A stretch of 60,735 nt of DNA from positions 1-60,735 of the IMG/VR virus record IMGVR_UViG_3300042384_000237; one strand, 5' to 3'. The translations under genes and the position numbers were made by a program. Within the stretch, counting starts at the first letter, position 1. Each line of letters begins with the position of its first letter. Shown here in pieces: positions 25,018 to 35,700 of this stretch. This stretch comes from a virus (Duplodnaviria; Caudoviricetes). The notes beneath the pieces are model-generated. The model saw only the letters and a list, made by a program, of their open reading frames with translations, had not been told where the DNA came from and ran no database searches.

Positions 25018-27354
25018 TTATGTTATTGAGAATGATAAAGTACCACCACCAGTACCATAGGCACGGACATAAATCGTAACCTGTTGACCGGCTGTCCAAT
25101 TTTTCCCTACTTGTTCACCGTTACCGGGTTGGTTGTCAGAATCCACTTGTGTCGCAAATCCATCAAATGAAACTTGACTGTCAAATCCTGTAGCTGTAAT
25201 TGTATACTGCCGAGTAACAGGTGCAGTATATGAATAAGTATACCAATTAGAGTTTGTGATACCGCTCGCTGATGTAGAGATAGGCGTGAATGTAGCCGCC
25301 GCTGCATTAGTCGTAACACTGAACGTAGTTGTAGCACCTGTGCCTCCAGCATTAACTGCATAAGCGCTGTATGATTGTGTGCTACTCGGAGATTTTCCGG
25401 AAACCTGGAATACACCATTCGGTGTAGAGCCTAGACTTGTAAATCCACCTCCAGTCGTTTCGTTCAGATAATAATAAGTCGCAGTTGCGGCACTCAATGT
25501 AATCGTATACGTATTGGCTGTTTTATTAGATATGGCGTACGATGGTGCAGCTGGAACTGCTACTGCGGGAGCAGGTGTGTCCACAACAAGGTCGGAAGAC
25601 CAAGATAAGGAAGTACCACTGGCGTTACCTGCGTAACCTCTAAATATATAATGTCCTGGATATGCAATACCTATTCCTGAGAACACACCAGTACTATTAG
25701 AGCTGTATAATGTATTCACACCATTTGAAGCTTGATAATATAAGTAATAAGTAGAAGGTTCTCCGCCCGAGCCTTTAGTAAGGGTGATTGTAACACTGGT
25801 AGACGTCAGACTAGAAGCCGCCAAAGTCACGGTACCCGGAAGCGGTATGGCCGGAGTTATTCTTAATATATTAGAATAAGTTCCACTAGTCCCTGCGGCA
25901 TTACCCGCGTAACTACGGAAATCATAATAATTTGGGTAAGCAATACCTATATTAGTGAATACGCCTGTAGCGTTATTTTGGAATGCAATCCATGAACTTC
26001 CATTACTATATTGCAAATAATACATAGATGGCTCGCCACCCGAGCCTTTGGTCACTGTAATATCCACACTTGTATATGTTAGATTTGAGTAACTATTTGT
26101 GGTTTGTCCTGGATTTGTCAAGACTGTAACAGTCACCGCCGGTGATGTCGCGCTCGCAGAGCTGGTCTCAGCAGGTGATTTTGCAACTACAGTTAATGCA
26201 TAATTGCCCGCAGTAGCAACTGAAGTCGTGAACGAGGTAGATGTTTGATTAGTTGTACTACCGTTGAACGTAACATCATAATTAGTTGCGAGTGGAACAG
26301 CACCCCATGTAAATGATGCAGTATTCATACCACCGCTTGCGCTTGTGAAGACAGGTGTGGCCAGTGTAATTGCTGCTCTGTAAGCTCTAATAGTATAAGT
26401 CCCGGAAGAATTATGGCTAAGACTTTGAGCGTATACAATATATGTAGTACCAACCGTAGGCGTAAATGTGAGCAACGAATTTAAATTACCAGCGCCATCA
26501 TCATCAGCCGAAATATATGTACCATCCTGTTTATAAAGATATAGATACGGATCTAATGAAGTGCCATCTCTCACCATTGTTATGTAATGTGTTACGCCAT
26601 ATCCGGGTGTGAAAGAATAGAAATTAGTCGTGGCATTAGTATTTATATTGCCTGCTATGGCTGCGGCACCTATCGTCAATGCTGTTGCAGTTTGAGCCAC
26701 GCCAATAATGCTTGTACTTACAGGACTATAACCTGATTGGGCAGCAGTCAAATCGAAAGTATGAGCACCCGAGATTCCTGAATACGTTACGGGACTCGTA
26801 ACATTTACTTTTGTGTTGCCATCTATTGCACCTGTGTATGTAACGCCCGATGCAGCGGTCCAACTGAATGTAATTGCATTAAATCCACCTGTTGCTGTTA
26901 ACCCTGCTGGTACAGCCAATTGCGAGAATGATGTTCCACTGACGGGACTACTGACAGGGGAGTTTGCATAACCCGTGGCTGTAGCATAAACTACCATTGA
27001 AACCGAAGTGGCGTATGTAACGGCTTTGTTAACAGTAGTTGATGCGCCCGAGGCTAGTGAAACAGAAGTATAGCTTGTTCCGCTATTCGTACTATAGTAG
27101 GCGGTCACAGCAAAGGAACTGTTATTAGTTATTACAAATCTAACATTTAAGTGTTCTCCGTATGCAACTATACTCGGAATAGAAACGCCTCTAGATTTGC
27201 CCCATCCATCACTCATTGATATTGTACCTGATGCTTTTCCAAATAAAGCTCTAACAGCCGTATCATTCATACTGATAGTAATATTACTTGTAAAGCTTAA
27301 TTCAGTATTAACTTGCGATAATGAGATACTATTTGGAGAGACGGGTAATGTCAT
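25018..27354 (-). CDS. Putative tail-fibre adhesin with multiple FN3-like and two PPC-like domains
   Basis: T/S/A/G-rich beta repeats; LDPYLYLY...DDDGAG PPC-like motif; follows the S74 fibre. Confidence 0.7.
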   Translation of the reverse strand: MTLPVSPNSISLSQVNTELSFTSNITISMNDTAVRALFGKASGTISMSDGWGKSRGVSIPSIVAYGEHLNVRFVITNNSSFAVTAYYSTNSGTSYTSVSLASGASTTVNKAVTYATSVSMVVYATATGYANSPVSSPVSGTSFSQLAVPAGLTATGGFNAITFSWTAASGVTYTGAIDGNTKVNVTSPVTYSGISGAHTFDLTAAQSGYSPVSTSIIGVAQTATALTIGAAAIAGNINTNATTNFYSFTPGYGVTHYITMVRDGTSLDPYLYLYKQDGTYISADDDGAGNLNSLLTFTPTVGTTYIVYAQSLSHNSSGTYTIRAYRAAITLATPVFTSASGGMNTASFTWGAVPLATNYDVTFNGSTTNQTSTSFTTSVATAGNYALTVVAKSPAETSSASATSPAVTVTVLTNPGQTTNSYSNLTYTSVDITVTKGSGGEPSMYYLQYSNGSSWIAFQNNATGVFTNIGIAYPNYYDFRSYAGNAAGTSGTYSNILRITPAIPLPGTVTLAASSLTSTSVTITLTKGSGGEPSTYYLYYQASNGVNTLYSSNSTGVFSGIGIAYPGHYIFRGYAGNASGTSLSWSSDLVVDTPAPAVAVPAAPSYAISNKTANTYTITLSAATATYYYLNETTGGGFTSLGSTPNGVFQVSGKSPSSTQSYSAYAVNAGGTGATTTFSVTTNAAAATFTPISTSASGITNSNWYTYSYTAPVTRQYTITATGFDSQVSFDGFATQVDSDNQPGNGEQVGKNWTAGQQVTIYVRAYGTGGGTLSFSIT

Positions 27355-29467
27355 TTCGTAACTCCTCTATTTGAACTTGTTGTTCTTTAATAGCTTCAAT
27401 TAATAATGGAATGATTTTTACATAATTGACTGCTAATACGCCATCTGATCTTTCAAGCACTGCTTCCGGTAATACTGCCTCTATTTCCTGAGCAATAACA
27501 CCTACATCATGTTCTTTGAATAAATCTTTATCTTGCTTATCATAATATGATTTGATCCATTTAAATGTATTGCCGGATAGCTTTTGTAATTTAGATAAGG
27601 CATTCTGAATAGGTTTAATATCTTCTTTAATGCGTTTATCTGAACCATCATAAGCTGTTATATTACCTGAAACAGAAATACTGCCTGTCAACTTGAAATC
27701 ACCGATAGCTTGTATTGCGTATGTGCTGTTAAAAAATAATAATTCGAGCGAGTTAAATGAAAATAAGCACTTAGCGCCTGTAGTCTTTATGGCATAATTT
27801 ACATCGCATAAAACAACGTCTCTTTGAGAAGTGCTAGTGTAATATGTAAACTTACCCGCTCCTACAGAATTGGGCGGGTCATTATGGTCATAAGTTAATG
27901 TGGCATCAACGTAACCTCCACCAGGTACTGTCATATAACTTGACACACCCATTCGCGCATTGACTGTTCCGTCACCTGTACCTGAATATCTTCCAAAAGT
28001 TCCTAGAGTTACTTCCAAACCTCCATCTAACCCCAGACTATTACTAAAACGAGAACCCGTTGTAAGTGCGGTTATCCATTGGCCGTTAGGGAATACTGTA
28101 CTTACTGGCGGAAGCAACACATCTAGACCTATGCTCTTTGTGTTAGTTCTTGATATAGACGTAGACGCTGCAAGGTTAGCATAGAATAGAGATTCCCAGC
28201 TACCCTCTCCTGTATCACCCATCGAAGTTACAATACCGTTCAGTAAGCTGGCATTAGCACTATATGTTCTAAATTCATTTGAATTAGCTTCATTAATAGA
28301 TAGTCTTTGTCCGGATGTCGTATTAGAATATAAGCTACCTGTTTTAAGAGTAAATGCATCTAACGTATCTACTTTGAAATAACTAAGGTATGGTGTCCCC
28401 CAAGTAATATAACCCGAAATAGCATTCTTGATGCCATCACATTGATACTGCTTATACCCCGGAGTAACACTTTGAGTCGTTGTGTACCATGTAGCTGGAG
28501 GGTATGTTGTTCCGTTGTCGGGTGCACCAAGATCCGCTGTACTTGTGGTGACTACCCTATATATTCTTACAGACGAGTCGCCTGTATCTCCTTTTATACT
28601 TACACCGTCAACGCCTTTCTCACCTTTTATCTTTACTATATTAGTTGTATTTGTTCCATCTTTATTTATAGTTGTGCGAAGATATACATCATTAGTAGTT
28701 GCAACATCATGCCAGCTTGAGCTATCTACACTAAATTCAAATTTAGTTGTGGTGTTGGACGTCAACTGTGTTGGTGTTGACCAAGCCGATTCTTGGTTAT
28801 CACTAGTGAATTTCCTGACTGACATCCAAACAGGATAATTATTTGTATCATTGGCAGGTATCCCATCAGCCCAGCCTGAAGGCACAGGAGCGCTAAATGT
28901 ACCGCCTGTAGGCGCAGTAGGTTGTGTTTGATATCTTTTGAACACATTGCTCACAAACGCTAATGAAGGCGCTTGAGAATAAGGGATTACAATCGTATCC
29001 GTCACTCTAAGGTTAGTTCCATTAGTTACATATACAGTCACAGTTAATTCATTGTCAAATGTATTTATTGTCAATGAATTGCCGGTTTGGGTTTTAATAA
29101 CGCCATTAACAATCCATTTGTGAACGCCTGCAGTGACACTTGTAGTAAAAGTTATTGTAGTTGGTGCTAATACACCGGCTTCGTCTTTGACAAGTTCAGA
29201 AGCACTTGCTGTAATAATTGATGATTTTGTTTCAGTTAAATATACTGAATCGCTTTCAGTTATATCTGAGTACTCTCCATTGGCTCTATACCCTCGTACT
29301 GCAAATACAGTATTTTGCAAAGGTAAGTCAGGAATATCATAACTAGTCGTCTTAATATCCGATGCTAATAATTCATAGTAAACTTCTGTTGGTGTATATT
29401 TTAAATAGTAGACACTATACGAAACAATCGTACTATCTACATTTGACCATCTTAACGTACCTAACAT
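27329..29467 (-). CDS. Tail fibre with C-terminal peptidase S74 intramolecular chaperone
   Basis: SDKRIKEDI...GVIAQE...VNY...LIEAIKE; short Gly-X-Y stretch GEKGVDG. Confidence 0.85.
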   Translation of the reverse strand: MLGTLRWSNVDSTIVSYSVYYLKYTPTEVYYELLASDIKTTSYDIPDLPLQNTVFAVRGYRANGEYSDITESDSVYLTETKSSIITASASELVKDEAGVLAPTTITFTTSVTAGVHKWIVNGVIKTQTGNSLTINTFDNELTVTVYVTNGTNLRVTDTIVIPYSQAPSLAFVSNVFKRYQTQPTAPTGGTFSAPVPSGWADGIPANDTNNYPVWMSVRKFTSDNQESAWSTPTQLTSNTTTKFEFSVDSSSWHDVATTNDVYLRTTINKDGTNTTNIVKIKGEKGVDGVSIKGDTGDSSVRIYRVVTTSTADLGAPDNGTTYPPATWYTTTQSVTPGYKQYQCDGIKNAISGYITWGTPYLSYFKVDTLDAFTLKTGSLYSNTTSGQRLSINEANSNEFRTYSANASLLNGIVTSMGDTGEGSWESLFYANLAASTSISRTNTKSIGLDVLLPPVSTVFPNGQWITALTTGSRFSNSLGLDGGLEVTLGTFGRYSGTGDGTVNARMGVSSYMTVPGGGYVDATLTYDHNDPPNSVGAGKFTYYTSTSQRDVVLCDVNYAIKTTGAKCLFSFNSLELLFFNSTYAIQAIGDFKLTGSISVSGNITAYDGSDKRIKEDIKPIQNALSKLQKLSGNTFKWIKSYYDKQDKDLFKEHDVGVIAQEIEAVLPEAVLERSDGVLAVNYVKIIPLLIEAIKEQQVQIEELRNDITRLSK

Positions 29468-31650
29468 TAAATACCTCCCGCTAATGTAAATACTGGTTTC
29501 CCTGGTGCAATAGGCATTACGCTTGTCACAGGCAAGTTGACAGTTGATGCAAGAAATTCATCAATACTTGTATTCATAATAGGCGCATACACTGCACTGA
29601 CTTTGCAGATATTATTCAAATCTAAATCGACTTGTAGTATTCTCAAGCGTAAGGGCGCAGTAGTATTCAATGTATCACTATCAAGTGTTATAATATCACC
29701 TGGTTCTAATAAATTATTTTTAGCAATATAACTAAATGTTATGGCAAAAGTACTTCTACTCTTCTCCACTGTGTATTTGGCCAGTAGTGCAGCTTGGTAA
29801 TAATTTGTGATACCAGAAGAATTTACTTCTGTTGAAGACAGTATCTGACCGTCTGCCGCTAACAAACTATTATACATACCTGTGTTAGTGGGTACGGCTA
29901 GGAAGTCACTATAAGTCTGATCAGTGGTGGTCCAAATCTGAACTCCACTATTCTGCTTAACTAACACACCCGCGATACCTTTGCTTGCGGCACCCGTAAT
30001 ATTTAATGTAATTGAATACCTACCAGAAGTTAAATTTACAGCTGTTGATGGGTTGTATAAGAAATTACTGGCACGACTATTTATCAACTGTATATTTGTT
30101 TCCAAATTAGTTAATATAATATCAAAAGCGGAACCTCCGGCAGCAACTTTTAAGAAGTAATTACCAGCATTCGCAGCTGTTATATATAATTTAAAAGTGA
30201 AAATATACCCGGCGGATTCGCCTGACCATATAGCATAATTATTCAATAGAGTAGGTCCAACATTGGCACCATTATTTTCATCACCCCAGTTTGTCTTTGT
30301 CGATCTACTGTATGTAAACGGACCTACACCTCTGTATGGCGCAGAATCAGTTATCTTGGGCGGCCATGAAACTTTCTCTTCGGCAAATTCTGATGATTCA
30401 TTTTTAAAAGTAACTGTACAGTAATTATATTTACTTGAAGATGGTGTATAAGTTCTTTCTATTTCTTGTGATAAGATTAAATCTTCATCAGTAATTGTAA
30501 GACCTGTAGTATTGTCCATTAGTAACTTATACTTACCGCCTGACCATATTAAAGAAGCTTCAGGCATAGATAACAGAATTGATTTGATATTTTCTGAGAT
30601 AGATTTAGAAGTATCCAAAACAATATTACATTCGTATTTCTTTAGTGGAGCAGTATTAGATGGCGGGGTCACGCCTGTCGAAGTGGGGTTGTAAAACTTA
30701 CCTGTACGCGCGTACTTAACTTTATCCCCTGTTGCAATAACAACATCACAACTTTCAGCAGTGTTTTTAAAAGATAGTAAATCGATCATATCTTCTGTTA
30801 TACGAAGAGAATTATCAATAGTGCCAACATCTAATAAATAGTCTAACAAAACCCATGCAGGATTGTTTGAATACTCACGTGTCGAAAGTAATGTGGTATT
30901 CGCTGTGTTTAAAGCTGTACGTATCTTCTTCCCTTCAATCATAAATTTAATATCGGGGACTTTGGAGAATTGTGGATTTACGGCGTCTATTTTAAATACG
31001 CAGGAAGCGTAAGCTATCCCTGTAAATAATGCCGTATTCCTACTTGGCTGATTTTGAGACATTACTGTATCAGCACCGCCATTCATATGTGTGTCTATTC
31101 TTAGAGCTGCTTGTGTAGATCTATTTACATCCCACTTCTTATACTCATGGTTGCCTAAGGCTGGTGAAGATAAGTATTGGTCATCAACAATACATTCAAT
31201 AACGCGATTAATTTCGCCTTTAGCGATCGTATATTGAGCATATAATAAATCAGAGGAATCAGTAGCAGGATACGTGTGGTCCAACTTCAAAGCCGTCTGA
31301 GCCGGGATTATTAAAGTCTGCTGTATCAGCGGTGCCGTAGCGTCCACTGGATCTTGTTTAGTAATTATAATACTAGATTCCGGTATGGCTGATGGACCGG
31401 CATGGAACTCCTGCTGACCGTTGGCTGAACCGCTGGTCATATTAAATTTCTTGTTCGTATCAGCAAAGACCAACTGCCCATTTACCAAACCTCTCCCGTA
31501 TACTACAGGTAGATACCCCGTGCTTGTTTTTAATTCTGTTCGTATTCCTGTTGTAGATATATTTTCAGGTGTGTCGGGTTTATTGAACTCTTCCCATATT
31601 GCCCACCCTACTAAACCTACCTTTACAATATCGGATAATGTTATACTCAT
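29467..31650 (-). CDS. Tail tip / host-specificity (lambda J-like) protein
   Basis: LPVVYG, YSNNPAWVLLDYL, YECN..LD, LEPGDII motifs. Confidence 0.8.
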   Translation of the reverse strand: MSITLSDIVKVGLVGWAIWEEFNKPDTPENISTTGIRTELKTSTGYLPVVYGRGLVNGQLVFADTNKKFNMTSGSANGQQEFHAGPSAIPESSIIITKQDPVDATAPLIQQTLIIPAQTALKLDHTYPATDSSDLLYAQYTIAKGEINRVIECIVDDQYLSSPALGNHEYKKWDVNRSTQAALRIDTHMNGGADTVMSQNQPSRNTALFTGIAYASCVFKIDAVNPQFSKVPDIKFMIEGKKIRTALNTANTTLLSTREYSNNPAWVLLDYLLDVGTIDNSLRITEDMIDLLSFKNTAESCDVVIATGDKVKYARTGKFYNPTSTGVTPPSNTAPLKKYECNIVLDTSKSISENIKSILLSMPEASLIWSGGKYKLLMDNTTGLTITDEDLILSQEIERTYTPSSSKYNYCTVTFKNESSEFAEEKVSWPPKITDSAPYRGVGPFTYSRSTKTNWGDENNGANVGPTLLNNYAIWSGESAGYIFTFKLYITAANAGNYFLKVAAGGSAFDIILTNLETNIQLINSRASNFLYNPSTAVNLTSGRYSITLNITGAASKGIAGVLVKQNSGVQIWTTTDQTYSDFLAVPTNTGMYNSLLAADGQILSSTEVNSSGITNYYQAALLAKYTVEKSRSTFAITFSYIAKNNLLEPGDIITLDSDTLNTTAPLRLRILQVDLDLNNICKVSAVYAPIMNTSIDEFLASTVNLPVTSVMPIAPGKPVFTLAGGI

Positions 31651-32144
31651 TTCTTACCCCAATTTAATAATACTTTGGATGTATCGTCTTGTGCTTTCTC
31701 AAAACACGTATCTCCAGTTGCGGGTGGATAGTCTTTGTGTACGTGCCAACCTGCTATAGTGTCCAAAACATACATGGGACTGGAACAAGACACCTTGATT
31801 ATAGACTCACCAATAGCATCTGTTTTTAATAATGAATTCAATTGCGAGATAACACCCTTATACGCTATTAAAGAATTATAACCGGCACTTGTTCTGTACA
31901 CATTCTTAACAGTAACTGCCTGACCGTTGGTTAATGATGTTACATTTACATTTGTTAATACAAGCTCGTATGTCACTTGCTTAATATCTGAGATGACAAT
32001 AGGTGATACTGAAATTAATCTATCATCGGATAAATATGTCACTCCATCAACTATCTCATCTTTATAACTAGATGTTGTATTGATACTACCTATTGTAGCA
32101 ACTACAAACATGTCTTCTATATTCCCTGTTACAAATGTTCTCAT
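31647..32144 (-). CDS. Minor tail (hub) protein
   Basis: Position; GDTCFE...LNWG C-terminus. Confidence 0.6.
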   Translation of the reverse strand: MRTFVTGNIEDMFVVATIGSINTTSSYKDEIVDGVTYLSDDRLISVSPIVISDIKQVTYELVLTNVNVTSLTNGQAVTVKNVYRTSAGYNSLIAYKGVISQLNSLLKTDAIGESIIKVSCSSPMYVLDTIAGWHVHKDYPPATGDTCFEKAQDDTSKVLLNWGKK

Positions 32145-32743
32145 AAAGCCTCAATCAGTTTAACCTGCCCTGTAGACATCATGATACCGTCACTGTATAC
32201 CATTCCTGAAATAACATCAGTATCGTATTTAACTTTCATTTTTACATCTCTGAAATTTACAGAGGTATCTTCTATCGTTGGAAGTCTTAATTCTGGAAAA
32301 ATATTTAATACAGTTGTGTGACTCATCACCATATATACTTTGGGATCAACACCTATCGTTATAAAAGTACCCGAAGGTAATTTAATAAGCATGTCAGTAA
32401 ATATGGACAGTGAAGTTGAACCTGCCGTATTAACAGCCACTGTTAGTTTCTTATTTAAAGCTATTTCTTCTAATTTTAATTGTGCCCCATAGTTCTGAGG
32501 CATTGTTATATTAAATCCTTCGGAAGACCCTTTGGTTACTAAGTGTACAAATAGCTCATTAGCAGTCTCAACGAGGGGTGCTAGATTGGTATCCAGTTCC
32601 CATCGTTGAGCATTACGTTTTATTGCGACCCTAGATAACGCAAGGGTATCCGAACTGAATACTGGTTGATTGCTTTTTACAGTTAATGGAGCTGTAAATG
32701 TCGCAATCTGAGTATTTGTATCGTTCAGGATACCGTATGTCAT
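32141..32743 (-). CDS. Distal tail protein
   Basis: Directly after the tape measure; AQRWEL, KVYMV, IFPELR, LIEAL end. Confidence 0.65.
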   Translation of the reverse strand: MTYGILNDTNTQIATFTAPLTVKSNQPVFSSDTLALSRVAIKRNAQRWELDTNLAPLVETANELFVHLVTKGSSEGFNITMPQNYGAQLKLEEIALNKKLTVAVNTAGSTSLSIFTDMLIKLPSGTFITIGVDPKVYMVMSHTTVLNIFPELRLPTIEDTSVNFRDVKMKVKYDTDVISGMVYSDGIMMSTGQVKLIEAL

Positions 32744-32744
32744 T

Positions 32745-35700
32745 TTAACCTCTATAGTTACGTTCACGATTGTACTGATTCACACCCGCCGCAATCTGCG
32801 GTAGCATTTGTGAGATCTCAGCACGTGTTTGGCGAGAAATATCGCCTGTTATATTCATATTGATGACACTGTTATTGGTCACCGAATTGGCCCCGTCAGC
32901 AGATTTAGAAGCTGTTGGTATCGCCATTATTGGAGAAGCCGCAGATGAAATAGTTGCACCTGAATTGATTGCCTCAAGTAACTCTCTGTTTCGTGATGTT
33001 GCCGCTGCATTAATAACGTATTCACCATTAGATAACATCGTCGGAATTGAATCAGAAGTTCCTGTACCCGCCCCTGTTATTAAACCACCTGTTGCGGCAC
33101 CAAGCCCAAAGTTACCACCAATCGTTATACCATAAATAGTATCTTGTACTCTTTTGCCATTATCGTCAATATAGTCGACTTGTTGGATTGATGGCGCAAA
33201 ATGTAAATCTTTAAAAGCAAGACCTAACGAGTCCCAAGCTGTTTTAGGAATTTGTACTTTACTCAATCCAATCTTACCAGATTCAGATATAATTAACTTA
33301 GTCCAATCAACAGGAGCTAGCTGAGTCGCCAGTGTACCAAAGGCATTGAAGTCACCTGCCAAAGCAGATTTGGTTGTTCCAAAACCTTTTTCAGGGGTAT
33401 ACTTGCCCTGAGAGCCAAGGAAGTTACTGGGAATTATTTCTATATCGGTCATAGGGCCAATATCAACAGAGGCTTCGCCTTTTGATAATGGTGTTATTTT
33501 CTCTCCAAAGATATTTGAAAAGTCACCTTTTAATATTTTAGAAATACTGGAATACAAACTACCCATGTGCTCTCTTAAATACAACCAAGCACTTGTGCTA
33601 CCTGTGGAAATAAGATTTTGAAGACCACTTAACGCTTTACCGCCGCTGGTTTTATCATCTATTTTAAATCCAGGAACATTAAGATTATCAGTGGCCGTAT
33701 TAACAACATCAACCCAAGTCTTTCCTTTATCAAAACTGAGTTGCTCACCTTTCTGAATCACAGTAAGATTCTGAGATTCTGCAGGCATAGCTGAGTCTAA
33801 TTTAAAACCTAATAATTCATTAACATTAACACCACTTTTAGCCAAGTTATCAATATTTGTTTTATTAGCTATATTAGTTTTAATCTTTTGAACTGACTCC
33901 CCCAGCACATCTTTAGTGGCACCGAATAAACTATCGGGAGTGGCTACTGCACCTAAGCTTGGTTGCCATGAGATGCCTTTATCGTTACTGATCAACTGAT
34001 CGGCTAATAAAGCTTGTGTGGCTTCCGAAGTCTTCTTATCATTGTAATCATAAGAACCAAAACCATCCGACATCCAGCTGCCAACATCCATTGCTCCGCC
34101 GGCCAATAATGATTTGAATTCATTAGGAGGAATTGTAATTCCATTATAAGATAATGCTTTTGTGGTATCCAAAATGCCTTGAATATTCTTTCCCACCATT
34201 TGATCTTGTAATAATTTGGAAGATGTTGCTAAGAGCTTATTGTATTCACCTTCGGCTGCCTTACTGCCATAAGTTTTACCCAATGCCCATGCCGTAAAAT
34301 CTGGTCCGGAGGCTAAAGTCTCTGCCGTTATTTTGCTTGGATTTTCTACTGATGCCTGGAACTTTTCATTGAAACCACCCATTGGAGTATTAGCAGGTAT
34401 TTTTCGAAGACCATAGTAACCCTTACCTGCCGCTGAAGTAGTGTTAACATAATAATCAGGGGCAGGAATCAAGCCCTCTTTATACATTTTATTAACTTGT
34501 TGGTTATGTAAACCAAATTCTATTTGCATCGGCGAGAGTGCATCAAATCCACTACTGGTTGGCGGTCCAAGAATATAATCATAAAATTCCGCTAAATCCT
34601 TAGGTATACTACTAATTATAGATCCTTTCGGTGCACTCTTTTCGCCTTGCTTATACTCAGCAGACGTATTCCATACCTTACCCCCTTCAAATACACCATT
34701 TAAGTACGGACTCGTATATCCAAAAGGCTTATCAACAGAGATGGGTTTATAATTTAAATTAGGAAATAAAGATTTACCGTCAGTATTCTTAATATTTAAA
34801 AATGCTTCTTTTAATTTATCTGAATCATAATTAGCACTGCCTTTTATTTTAGTAATATATGCGTCTAGATCATTAAGATCTTTAACGCTACCTGTAGGGT
34901 ACTCTCCAGATCTCATAGCATCGAGAACAGGTGCATACTGACGTGTCATATCTGCAGGTACAATATACTCACCATTAGATAGCATGACAGGAATCGAATC
35001 AGATGTTCCAGTACCTTGACCACGTAGCACACCTGCAGCACTTTTCAGAAATCCCGTAGCAGAACCACCGGTACCGGCCATACCGCCCTCTTTCTGGCCA
35101 AACAGCATATCACCAATACCCTGTGTAACGCCCGTGATAAACTTCCAAACGCTAGTACCTACTTTTCCTGTAATGCCTGACCAGTCAATATTAGTATTTG
35201 CAAGTGCTGTAATACCGTTGTCAATCCAACCCCAAAGTGTTTTACCAACATCTAAAATACCGTTTCCGCTGGCTTTTATAATATCTAATGACGTTTCACC
35301 AATTGATTTAAAATTAATAACTTCAGACCAATTTATTTTTGCTAATTGCTCTCCAATGAACGCAAAAGGTTTTAGTATAGTTGCGGAAATCCCTTTTATA
35401 TTCTCTATTGAAATATAATCAGAGAATGGAATTTTCATTATTTGAGAGCCAATCCATGTGAATGGTTTTATTATATTTTTACCAATTGCTGCGGCTGTGT
35501 CTAAAGATAAATATTGACCCGGATCCATTGCAGCCACTTTACTGGCTATCCATGTAAATGGTGTCAAAAGAGTCTTAAAGCCCTTGCCAACAGTTTCTAT
35601 ACTAAAGAATTTACTATAATCAACACCCTTAAGTGTTTCGTACATATATGCGAAAGGCTTTAATACAATTGCCCCGCCTACAGCTTCCATATTGTCAACA

